From contig CAXXKT010000001.1 of assembly GCA_963662405.2 (NCBI GenBank), positions 704,001-768,000 on the forward strand: a stretch of DNA of 64,000 bases. Direction: 5' to 3'. Below are positions 1 to 10,100 of this stretch, piece after piece. The DNA is from Syntrophales bacterium. Lineage in GTDB: Bacteria; Desulfobacterota; Syntrophia; Syntrophales; UBA2210. Below the pieces are notes generated by a model. The model was not told where the DNA came from. It saw only the letters and a program-made list of their open reading frames with translations, and ran no database searches. The position numbers and the translations under genes are program-made. The stretch's first letter is position 1, and every line of letters begins with the position of its first letter.

Positions 1-524
1 GAGGCACCGGAGCCAAAGGACGGGAGACTGGAATCCGCCCCCATCCACAGGTCCAGGCCGATGGGGATCAACCCCATGGCGACCAGCATGATCACCGTTC
101 CGCCGACCACCGGCGTCACGATATGGCGCAGGAAGCGCAGAAAGTAGGCATACAGAAAAACCATGGGAGCTGTCAGAATTCCCATGACCGCCAGCAGGGG
201 CAGGCCGCCCATATTGACCGCATCGAGGGAACAGGCCAGAAACGCGCTGTACGACCCGGCGAACAAGACGTAGCCGCATCCGATGGAGCCGACGCGCAGG
301 GCCTGGATCAGCACGGCGACGGCGGCGATGATAATCTAGGTAAAGGCGAGATATTCGACCTGCTCGGGGGGGATCCCCGTTGTTTCACCGATAATGTTGG
401 GGATAAAGACGATGGCATCGAAAATGAGTGCCACATGGGTAAAACCGAGGAAGAGGCTCATCCACACGGGAGGGTTTTCATTGACATCGTACGCTATCTT
501 TCCTCCTGGTTGTGTCTGTGTCAA
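1..524 (-). CDS. NCS2 (xanthine/uracil permease family) transporter, runs off window start; in-frame TAG at 336-338
   Basis: N-terminus YDVNENPPVWMSLFLGFTH is typical of NCS2. The same frame continues past the TAG as IIIAAVAVLIQALRVGSIGCGYVLFAGSY...LRHIVTPVVGGTVIMLVAMGLIP, which is also NCS2-like. Confidence 0.8.
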
Positions 525-663
525 TTATCTCCACCTGTTGGATTGGTTTCGTGTCAGGATCGCCGGCTTTTCCACTGTTCAAAAAGCGGCCGGATTGTAC
601 ACGGATGAAAACGTTTTCGCCAAGTTTTTCTCTCTGTATCCGCGATTTTTTGATTCGACCGGA

Positions 664-2077
664 TTACGCCACCGGCATCGAGAGGTTCCTCTTGTCTCTC
701 CGGATCTGGTAGTTCCGGACCATGGCGTAGGTCTTCATGGCACGCTCCGGCGATTCAAAGAAGGGGAGACCGGCGTCGAAGAAGGTCTGAATGGCATCCG
801 CATCGAGACCGGGGATCTTGACGGCGACAAAGGGCTTCCCCGTCTCTTTCCGTATCCGGATCATGGCGTCGGCATAGTGCCTGTTCACCTCGGGGAGAGA
901 GGCCGATTCCCATCACAACCACGGCATCCACACCGGGGTCCTCGGCAACCGCCCTGGCCGCATTGATATAGAGATCAATGTCGAGAGAAGAGGTCAGTCC
1001 GATATCTATGGGATTGTTCAGGCTGGTACCGGTCGGAGGAATAACACCCGCCAATTTGGATCGGGTCTCGGGAGCTATCGAAGCCAACCTGAGCCCTGCG
1101 GTTCCACAGGCCTCCGCCGCCGAGACTGCCAGTCCACCGGGTCCCGAGATGATGACCATCCGGTCCCCCAGGTGTGGAGGGAGGAGGGAAAAGCCGATCA
1201 GGGCATCAACCCATTCCTCGAATCCCGTCACCGGGACGGCACCGGTCTGCCGGACCACCCCTTCCCATATCTCACGGGAACCCGCGAGCGCGCCGGTATG
1301 TGAGGCGGCGGCGCGGCTCCCCTCCGGCGTCAGACCCACCTTCCAGACAATCACCGGTTTTCTGACCGACGCCTCGTATAGGGCCCTGAGAAACCGCGGC
1401 CCATCTTTGATCCCCTCCAGGTAGGTGCCGATCACCTCCGTGTCGGGATCCTTCCCAGGTAGGTCAGAAAATCGGCGGCGTTGAGGTCGCACTCATTGCC
1501 GAGGCTGACGGCCTTGCTGAACGAGAGACCCTTCTCAGGCCCCATGCGGCACAGAATATTCCCCAGCGAGCCGCTGTGGGAGATAAGGCCGATCGGCCCC
1601 GGGGTGTGGGAGAGCCCCGGAAAGTATGAGAGGCCCGTCCGGGGCGCATACAGCCCCATGCAGTTGGGCCCGATGATCCTCATCCCGGAGGCCTGCGCGA
1701 TGTGAGTCAGTTCGGCCTCCATCGCTTTTCCCTCATCGCTCCCCGTTTCCTTGAAACCGGCGGTAAAGAGGATCGCCCCCTTGAGCTCTTTGTCCGCGCA
1801 TTCCCGAACGATGGGAAGCGCGCGGTCGTGGGGGACGAGGATGATGGCGAGATCAACAGGGCCGGGGATTGCCGAAACGGAGGGGTATGCCTTCAGCCCG
1901 TCGATCTCATCCGCCGTGGGGTGGACGGGATAAATGACCCCCGGGGAAACCCTGATCGATCAGGGCCATGAGGAAGAGCTTCCCCGTCTTCATCTCCTTC
2001 GGCACACCGACAATGGCGACGGACGCGGGATTGAAAATCGCTTCAAGCCGGGTCGTCAGAATATCGGTGCCGTTCAT
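664..2077 (-). CDS. Acyl-CoA synthetase (NDP-forming) alpha-type CoA-binding subunit, split by 3 frameshifts (~1940, ~1455, ~892)
   Basis: FNPASVAIVG, IIGPNCMG, SKAVSLGNECD and phospho-His motif SHTGALAG are spread over consecutive frames. RBS AGGAG precedes ATG 2077. No ATP-grasp domain is present. Confidence 0.85.
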
Positions 2078-2343
2078 CGTCGCTCCTAGTATCGGATGGG
2101 TCTCGTTCAAAAGCACAGGAGGTTCCGGTTACAATGCGCATCTTCTTGCCTGTCTGAATAACGATCAGACGGGCTTGAACTCACCAATCCGTGTGGATGA
2201 TACCATAAACCGTCTCATTTCAGAAGGACGGTATTGAGCGGCGATAACGTCAGGCACGAAACCCTTCGGTTTTCCTCCGTAAAACGGAAAAATGGCTCAC
2301 ATTATAGAACCAACTTTTTCCCCGGGTGTGACAATGTTTTCCG

Positions 2344-2372
2344 TTGACCAACGTCAAACGCAGGTCTATAAT
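2344..2372 (+). promoter_or_regulatory. Sigma70-type promoter for the surface-protein pair
   Basis: TTGACC-17 nt-TATAAT, 65 nt upstream of ATG 2438. Confidence 0.65.
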
Positions 2373-2437
2373 TCGTCCGCCTGATCATGTGTGAAAAAAT
2401 ATTGCATTGAGATAACATCACAAGGAAGGGACATGTC

Positions 2438-4015
2438 ATGATTACACGTGTACAGTCGTTTTTCGCGAGGGTTACCTGTCGGTATCTGTTTTTGATTCCC
2501 CTGATCGTTCTGGCGATTCATGCCGGTACGGTGACGGGGGCACGAGCCGATGATGCCGCCACCGTGGAGATCAGTGCGGATGGTATCGTTGTCACCCCCG
2601 CCACGGCTACGGTGACCTACCTCCTCCTCCGGGTCGCCGATCCCCGGGGGGATCTGATCAGCGAAGAGAGCACCGCGGGGAGCCGGATCACCTGGACGCC
2701 GGCGGGGGGGGCGGCGGACGGTTTCTACACCTGGGAGGTCCGCGCCGGCTTCAGCGCACGGAAGACGTCGAGGGATGAGGCCGTACAGACACAGGAAGAG
2801 ACCCGCCCGTGGTCTCAGTCGGGGACGTTCCTCGTCAAGGGGGGTACCATCGTTTCTCCGTCCGGTACGGAGAGCGGCCTCCTCGATAGGCTCTTCTCCA
2901 CGGCCGCAGCCGCCCTCGGAGCGTTTATGGATCTCATGGTCCCGCCGGCCTGGGCGGATCAGGTCTTTCAAGGCGATGTCATCGTCCAGGGAAGCCTCGG
3001 TGTCGGGATGGACACCGACAACGGCGAGAGCTTCGGGTTCGACACGATCCGCCTCAAGGAGAACAACCTGCGGATCCGTTTTTACGATACCAGCAACAGC
3101 GGCTCTTTCCCCTCGAACGACTGGCAGATCACCATCAACGACTCTTCCAACGGCGGGGGTAACTACTTCGCCGTCGATGATATCGATTCAGGGAAGACCC
3201 CCTTCAAGATCGAGGCCGGGGCTCCAACCAACGCTCTCTTTGTCGAAGACTCTGGCCAAATTGGTATCGGGACGGCAACACCGGTCACGGACCTTCACAT
3301 ACTATGCGGGAACACCCCCACCGTCCGCCTCGATCAGGACGGATCGTCCGGGTGGTCGCCACAGGTGTGGGACGTGGCGGGGAACGAAACGAACTTCTTC
3401 GTCCGCGATGCGACAAACGGCTCTCTGCTTCCCTTTAAGATCTACCCCGGCACGCCGAGCAACACCCTCTGTGTGGGGTATAATAATGGTGCGGAGATGC
3501 GTGTCGGAATCGGGACCGTAAAACCGGAGGCGACATTGGATGTGCGGGGGGACGCCCGGATCGGGATCGAATCAGGAACGACGGCGAATGTGGTTGAGGT
3601 GTACGGGACCGTCAGGGTCACGGCCCAAACGAGCTTCCCGGCGAACCTGGAGGTGAACGGGAACGCCTTTGTCCTCGGGAACCTCGAGGTGGGGAGCAGC
3701 AGGGACTACAAGGAAGACATCCGGGCCCTCGAGGTGAAGGAGGCGATGGATACCCTGCGGGAGCTCCGCCCGGTCAAATTCCATTACACCGTCGACCCGA
3801 CCGAGGAATCGGTGGGGTTCATCGCCGAGGAGGTCCCGACACTGGTCGCGACCAACAGCCGGAAATCGCTGAGCACCATGGACGTCGTGGCGGTCCTCGC
3901 CAAGGTGACCCAGGAACAGCAGCGGGTGATCGACCAACTCACCCACAAGATCGCCGACCTGGAGCGAGAGCTGAAGACGGTCCCTCAAAAGACGCCCTCG
4001 GGCAGTGCCATGTAA
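2438..4015 (+). CDS. Secreted fibre-like protein with C-terminal intramolecular chaperone (Peptidase S74) domain
   Basis: Signal peptide ending ARA-DD; GIGTxxP beta repeats; C-terminal SSRDYKEDI...LRPVKFHY...GFIAEEV followed by a coiled coil. Confidence 0.8.
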   Translation: MITRVQSFFARVTCRYLFLIPLIVLAIHAGTVTGARADDAATVEISADGIVVTPATATVTYLLLRVADPRGDLISEESTAGSRITWTPAGGAADGFYTWEVRAGFSARKTSRDEAVQTQEETRPWSQSGTFLVKGGTIVSPSGTESGLLDRLFSTAAAALGAFMDLMVPPAWADQVFQGDVIVQGSLGVGMDTDNGESFGFDTIRLKENNLRIRFYDTSNSGSFPSNDWQITINDSSNGGGNYFAVDDIDSGKTPFKIEAGAPTNALFVEDSGQIGIGTATPVTDLHILCGNTPTVRLDQDGSSGWSPQVWDVAGNETNFFVRDATNGSLLPFKIYPGTPSNTLCVGYNNGAEMRVGIGTVKPEATLDVRGDARIGIESGTTANVVEVYGTVRVTAQTSFPANLEVNGNAFVLGNLEVGSSRDYKEDIRALEVKEAMDTLRELRPVKFHYTVDPTEESVGFIAEEVPTLVATNSRKSLSTMDVVAVLAKVTQEQQRVIDQLTHKIADLERELKTVPQKTPSGSAM

Positions 4016-4135
4016 CAGAGAGAGACAGAACGATCCTCAGGATCGTGTGAAACGGGTATGATGCTCATCATTTTCCCTGATGCCCTTTCGAGAGTCGTAC
4101 GGAGCTGAAGTGATATTCCCCATGGAGAGAGAATC

Positions 4136-7100
4136 ATGAAAAGGCCGCTTGTGTCCGTGGCGTTGGTCCTCATTTTCGCGGTGTCGTTCCTCGCCGCCCT
4201 TCCGGTTTGTGCGGATGTAATCATCCACGCAGAAGGCACGATCACCCTGCATGATTCGACAATCGATATCAACTGCGGTGACCTGACCGTCGAGAACGGC
4301 GGGACGCTGCAACTGACCAGCGGAACCGTGCAGGAATGCGGAGCCCTGATCGTCGAAGGCGGCGGCTCCGTCGTTCAGACCCAGGGGACGATATCCTACT
4401 GCGCCCCCACCGTCACGACCCAGGAGGTGACCGCCATCGGGACGACCGCGGCGACCGGGAACGGAACGATTACGGCCCTCGGGACCTCCGCCCTCACCGC
4501 ACACGGTGTCTGCTGGAATACGACCGGAGCCCCCACACTGGCGGACAGCAGCACGGACGAGGGGGGGGCGGCGGCCCCCGGTGCCTTTACCAGCACCATG
4601 ACCGGACTCTCGCCGAACACCACCTACTATGTCCGGGCCTATGCCACCAATACGTCGGGAACCGCCTACGGCAATGAAGTCTCTTTCACAACGGCGGCCG
4701 GGGTGATCGCACCGACGGCGAGCACCCAGACGGCCAGCGGGGTCGGGAGTACGACGGCCACGCTGAACGGGACCGTCAACGCCCACGGGACCGACACGAC
4801 CGTCATCTTCGAGTACGGTACAACCACGGCCTATGGGACCACCGCCACCGCGGATCAGAGCCCGGTCACCGGTACCACCGACACGGCTGCCAGCGTGACC
4901 CTCACGGGTCTGGCGCCCGGCACGACCTATCACTGCCGCGTTGTTGCAACGAGCACGGAGGGGACCACATACGGCGGCGACGTAACGTTCACCACCCTGG
5001 TTGCCGCAACGGCGACCACCAATGCGGCCAGCGGGGTCGGCACCACGACCGCCACGCTGAACGGAACCGTTAACGCAAGCGGGAGCAGTACCACCGTCAC
5101 CTTCGAATACGGTCTGACCTCCGCCTACGGTACCACCGTCACGGCGGACCAGAGCCCGGTCACCGGCTCCGCCGATACGGCCGTGAGCGGTGCGATCACC
5201 GGTCTGACTCCCGGTACCACCTATCACTTCCGTGTGGTGGCCGCCAACACCACGGGCACCACCTGCGGCAGCGACATGACCTTCACCACCTTGCCCCCCC
5301 CGACAGCGACCACCCGGGCGGCAACCGGGGTCGGGATTACGGCGGCAACCCTGAACGGGACCGTTAACGCCCATGGAGAGAGCGCGACCGTCACCTTCCA
5401 GTACGGCACAACCACCGCCTACGGGACTACCGTCACGGCGGATCAGAGCCCCGTCAGCGGATCTGCCAACACAGAGGTCAACAGGGCACTCACCGGCCTG
5501 ACCACCGGTGTCACCTACCACTACCGCGTCGTGGCGACCAACGGCGGCGGTACCGCTTACGGCACTGATATGACCTTTATCACCGCTGTCATCCCCCCGA
5601 CGGCGACTACCCAGGCGGCCGGCTCCGTGGGCACCACGACCGCCACGCTGAACGGGACCGTCAATGCCAAGGGGAACAGTACCACCGTCAACTTCGAGTA
5701 CGGAGAGACGACCGCCTACGGGACCACCGTCACGGCGGATCAGAGCCCGATCACCGGCTCCGCCGATACGGCCGTCAGCAGGCTTATCACTGGTCTGACG
5801 AGTGGTGTTACGTATCATTACCGCGTCGTGGCGGCCAATGACGGCGGCACTACCCAGGGCGCCGATATGACCTTCACCACCCCGGCGCCCCCCGCCGTCA
5901 CCACCGGTGCAGCATCCGGTTTGAGCACCTCCGGGGCTACGCTGAACGGAACGGTCAATGCCAACGGGACGAGCACCACCGTCACCTTCCAGTACGGCCT
6001 GACCACGGCCTACGGGTCCACCGTCACCGCCGATCAGAGCCCGGTCAACAACTCCACCGACACGGCTGCCGGCGCGACACTGACGGGGCTGGCCGCCGAT
6101 ACGGTCTATCATTACCGGGCGGTGGGCCAGAATACCTACGGCACCACCTACGGCGCGGACATGACCTTTATCACGTCGGTACCTGCCGCACCCACCGCCG
6201 TCACCGATGCCGCCACGGATGTGGAGTTCGACAGTGCCACGCTGAACGGAACGGTCAACCCCAATAATGGTGTGACGACCGTCACCTTCGAATACGGCCT
6301 CACCACGGCATACGGCTCGTCAGTATCGGCCGTTCCGGGTTCACTGACCGGCACGGTCGATACCGCCGTCAGTGCAGCCATCGGCGAGTCCGACGAACTT
6401 GAACCCGACACCACGTACCATTTCCGTGTGGTGGCACAGAACGCGAGCGGAACCACTTACGGTGCGGATATGACGTTCGACACCACGTCCGCCCCGCCCC
6501 TTGCTCTGACTGTCGCGGGTCTGGTCACCGGGGGCGACAGCGCCACGCTGAACGGTATCGTGGACCCCCAGGGAACAGTGACCACCGTCACTTTCGAATA
6601 CGGAACAACCACGGCATACGGGACCACGGTAACAGCGGACCAAAGCCCTCTGACAACTACCCTTACCTATTCGAAAGCCGTGACGGCAGACATCTCCGGG
6701 CTTGCAAACAACACCACGTACCATTTCCGTGTGGTGGCACAGAACGCGGGTGGCACCACCTATGGCAGAGATATGACCTTCACCCTCGGCACGGTCGGTA
6801 CCGCTCCGACCGCAACCACTGATGCGGCGACAGGGGTGGATTCGACCACCGCGACCCTGAACGGGACGGTCAATGCGGGTGATGCCACGACGATCATCAC
6901 CTTCGAGTACGGACTGGACACCGGGTACGGCAGCACAGCCATTGCGAATCCGAACCCTCTTTCCGGCACGACCGACACCGCGGTCAGCGCGGCCGTCGGT
7001 GACCTCTCCCCCAACACCACCTATCATTACCGGGTGACCGCGATCAATGCGAACGGAACCGTCTCTGGGGCTGACATGACCTTCACCACCCTGCCTCCTC

Positions 7101-10100
7101 CTCCGACGGCCATCACCACGGCGGCCACATCCGTGGGAACCGCGAACGCCGAACTGAACGGGACCGTCAACGCCAACGGGGCCAGTGCAACGGTTACTTT
7201 CGAGTACGGCCTGACCACCGCCTACGGGACCACGGTAAACGCGATACAGGACCCGGTCAACGGCACTGCCGACACGGCGGTGAGCAGGGCCATCACCGGT
7301 TTGACCGACGGGGTCACCTATCATTACCGGGTCGTGGCGACCAGTACGAGCGGCACCACCTATGGGGCGGACATGACCTTCACCCCCGGCGTCACGCCAC
7401 CGACGGCGACCACTCAGGCGGCAACGGGCGTCGAGGCCACGACGGCAACCCTGAACGGGACGGTCAACGCCAACGGCACCAGCACGACCGTCACCTTCGA
7501 GTACGGCCCGACCACCGCCTACGGCAAGACCGTCACCGCAACCCCCGGGACCGTCACCGGTCTCTCCGACACGGGGGTCAGTGTCTCGATTTCTGGATTA
7601 ACGTCCAATACAACGTATCACTTCCGTGTGGTGGGGGAAAATACGGGGGGCACGGCCTACGGCGTCGACATGACCTTTACCACATTGGCGCCTCCCGCCG
7701 TCACCACCGGTGCCGCATCCGGGGTGAGCACCGCCGGGGCCACCCTGAACGGGACGGTCAACGCCTACGGCACCGGCACAACCGTCACCTTCGAGTACGG
7801 AACCACGACGGCCTACGGGACCACCGTGACCGCCGATCAGGACCCGGTCACCGGCTCCATCGATACGGCCGTGAGCACCGCCATCACGGGCCTGACCGCC
7901 GATACGATCTATCACTACCGGGCGGTGGGGACCAACATGTACGGCACCACGTACGGTACGGACATGACCTTTGTCACCACGGTGGGCGCAGCGCCCACGG
8001 TCACCACCGATGCAGCCATGCCGGTATTTAACGGCGCGACGCTCCGCGGCACGGTAACGGCAAATAATAGCAGCACCACCGTCACCTTCCAGTACGGAAC
8101 CACCACTGCCTACGGAACTACGGTCACAGCGGATCAGAGCCCGGTGACCGGGGTGAACGTCGAGGTGAGCGCGACCATTACCGGCCTCGCCTACAACCAG
8201 ACGTACCACTATCGGGTGGTAGGGACCAACGCCAGCGGAACCAGCAACGGCGCCGATATGACCTTCACCACAACTCTCAATCCCAGTGTCACGGTAAAGC
8301 CCGCAACCAATGTGCTGGGTACCAGCGCCACGTTGAACGGAGTGGCGAATGCCAACAACAGCGTATGGTCTGTTAACTTCGATTACAGCACGGATCTGAG
8401 CTACGACAGCTCCGTCAGCGCGACCCCCGCGACCGTCGATGGAAACAGCGACACACCGGTCAGTGCGGACATCACCGGGTTGACCCCGAACACACTGTAC
8501 AATTACCGGGCCAGGGTATATTCCGGCGCTTTCAACTACTCCAGCAGCTCCATGACCTTTACCACGCTGCAAGGGCAGTCGGTCACCACCGATGCCGCTT
8601 CGTCGGTAGGCGGCACCACCGCAACCGTGAACGGCACGGTCAATGCAAACACCTATGCCACGGCTGTCACCTTCGAATTCGGGCTTGACACCGGCTATGG
8701 GAAAACGGTGAACGCGGCCCAGGGCCCGGTCGCCGGTTCTACCGATACCGCCGTGAGTGCCGCTCTGACCGATCTGATTCCCGGCACGACCTATCATTAC
8801 CGGGCGACAGGGCGGAGCACCCAGGGGACCGTCTCCGGCGCGGACATGACCTTCACGACCTCTGCCGCCCCCCCGACCGCCGTCACCGATGCCGCTACCG
8901 GAGTCACGAACACCGGCGCGACACTGCACGGGACGGTGAACGCCCGGAACGACGCCACGACCGTTACCTTCGAGTACGGCCTGACCACCGCCTACGGCAC
9001 CACGGTGACCGCCGACCAGAGCCCGGTTACCGGTACGACCAACACGGCTGTCAGCAAAAGCATAACCGGGCTGACCGCCGAGACGACCTATCATTACCGG
9101 GTGGTGGCCCAGAACAGTTCGGGCACGACCTTCGGCGCGGATATGACCTTTTTCACCGGTATTATGCCCCCCATCGCGACCACCGGCCAAGCGACCGCCA
9201 TCGGCCCCGACGGGGCCACCCTGCACGGCACGGCAAATGCCCGTAATGCCAGCACCACCGTTACCTTTGAATACGGAGAGACGACAGGCTATGGACGCTC
9301 CGCCACGGCGTCCCCGAGCCCGGTCAGCGGTTCCGCGGATACCGCCGTCAGCGTCGCCATTGATTTGCTGAATGCAAACACCATCTATCATTACCGGGTG
9401 TGCGCGGTGAATGCGGCGGGCACCACCTACGGCACCGATATGACCTTTACGACCAATCTCGCCGGGACGCCCACGGTGACGACCGCCGATGTGACCGACA
9501 TATCCGGATCGACGGCGACAGGAGGAGGGACTGTTATCGATGAGGGGGACACCCCGGTGATAACGCGGGGTGTCTGCTGGAAGACCTCCTCCGCGCCGAC
9601 TATTGCCGATTCCACCACCTCGGACGGAACGGGCAGCGGTGGGTTCACGAGCAGCCTCACCGACCTGACCCCGCTTACCACCTACTATGTCAGGGCCTAT
9701 GCAACCAATGCGGCGGGGACGGCCTATGGAGAAGAAGTGCAGTTCACGACTATTGACGGAACCGGAGTGCCCCCAGCGATCCAGGATGCCGGACCGAACG
9801 GCGGTGATGGGAATGGAGACGGGACACGCGACAGTCTGCAGACAAACGTTGCGTCACTCCCCACGGCAACCGGTGCCGGCTATCTGACCGTTGAAGTCTC
9901 CGGCTGTGATCAGATGGAACAGGTCGCCACTTTCCTGTACGAATCTGTGGGTGCAACCGATCCCGGGTACACCTACCCCTTCGGGCTGGTGGGGTTTGAA
10001 ATCCCCTATTCCCCGGTGACGGTCAGGATCTATTACCACGGCGCCGAGGCCCTTGACGGATATTTCTACCGGAAGTTCGGTCCCACACCGAGTGACTGGA

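Noticed and set aside
664..2077. Programmed frameshifting or pseudogene status of the acyl-CoA synthetase
   Set aside because: The indels fall in short G/C runs like those in guaA and purF, and the motifs are intact; more likely consensus errors.
2438..4015. Prophage suggested by the tail-fibre chaperone domain
   Set aside because: The protein has a signal peptide and there are no capsid, terminase or integrase genes nearby.
4037..9391. Long antisense ORFs (691, 327 and 597 aa) opposite the giant surface protein
   Set aside because: Shadow frames of a GC-rich repetitive gene; Gly/Arg-rich with no recognisable motifs.
4402..9752. Recurring DNA motifs as a possible CRISPR array
   Set aside because: The period is ~290-300 bp, the units are degenerate and protein-coding, and no cas genes are present.
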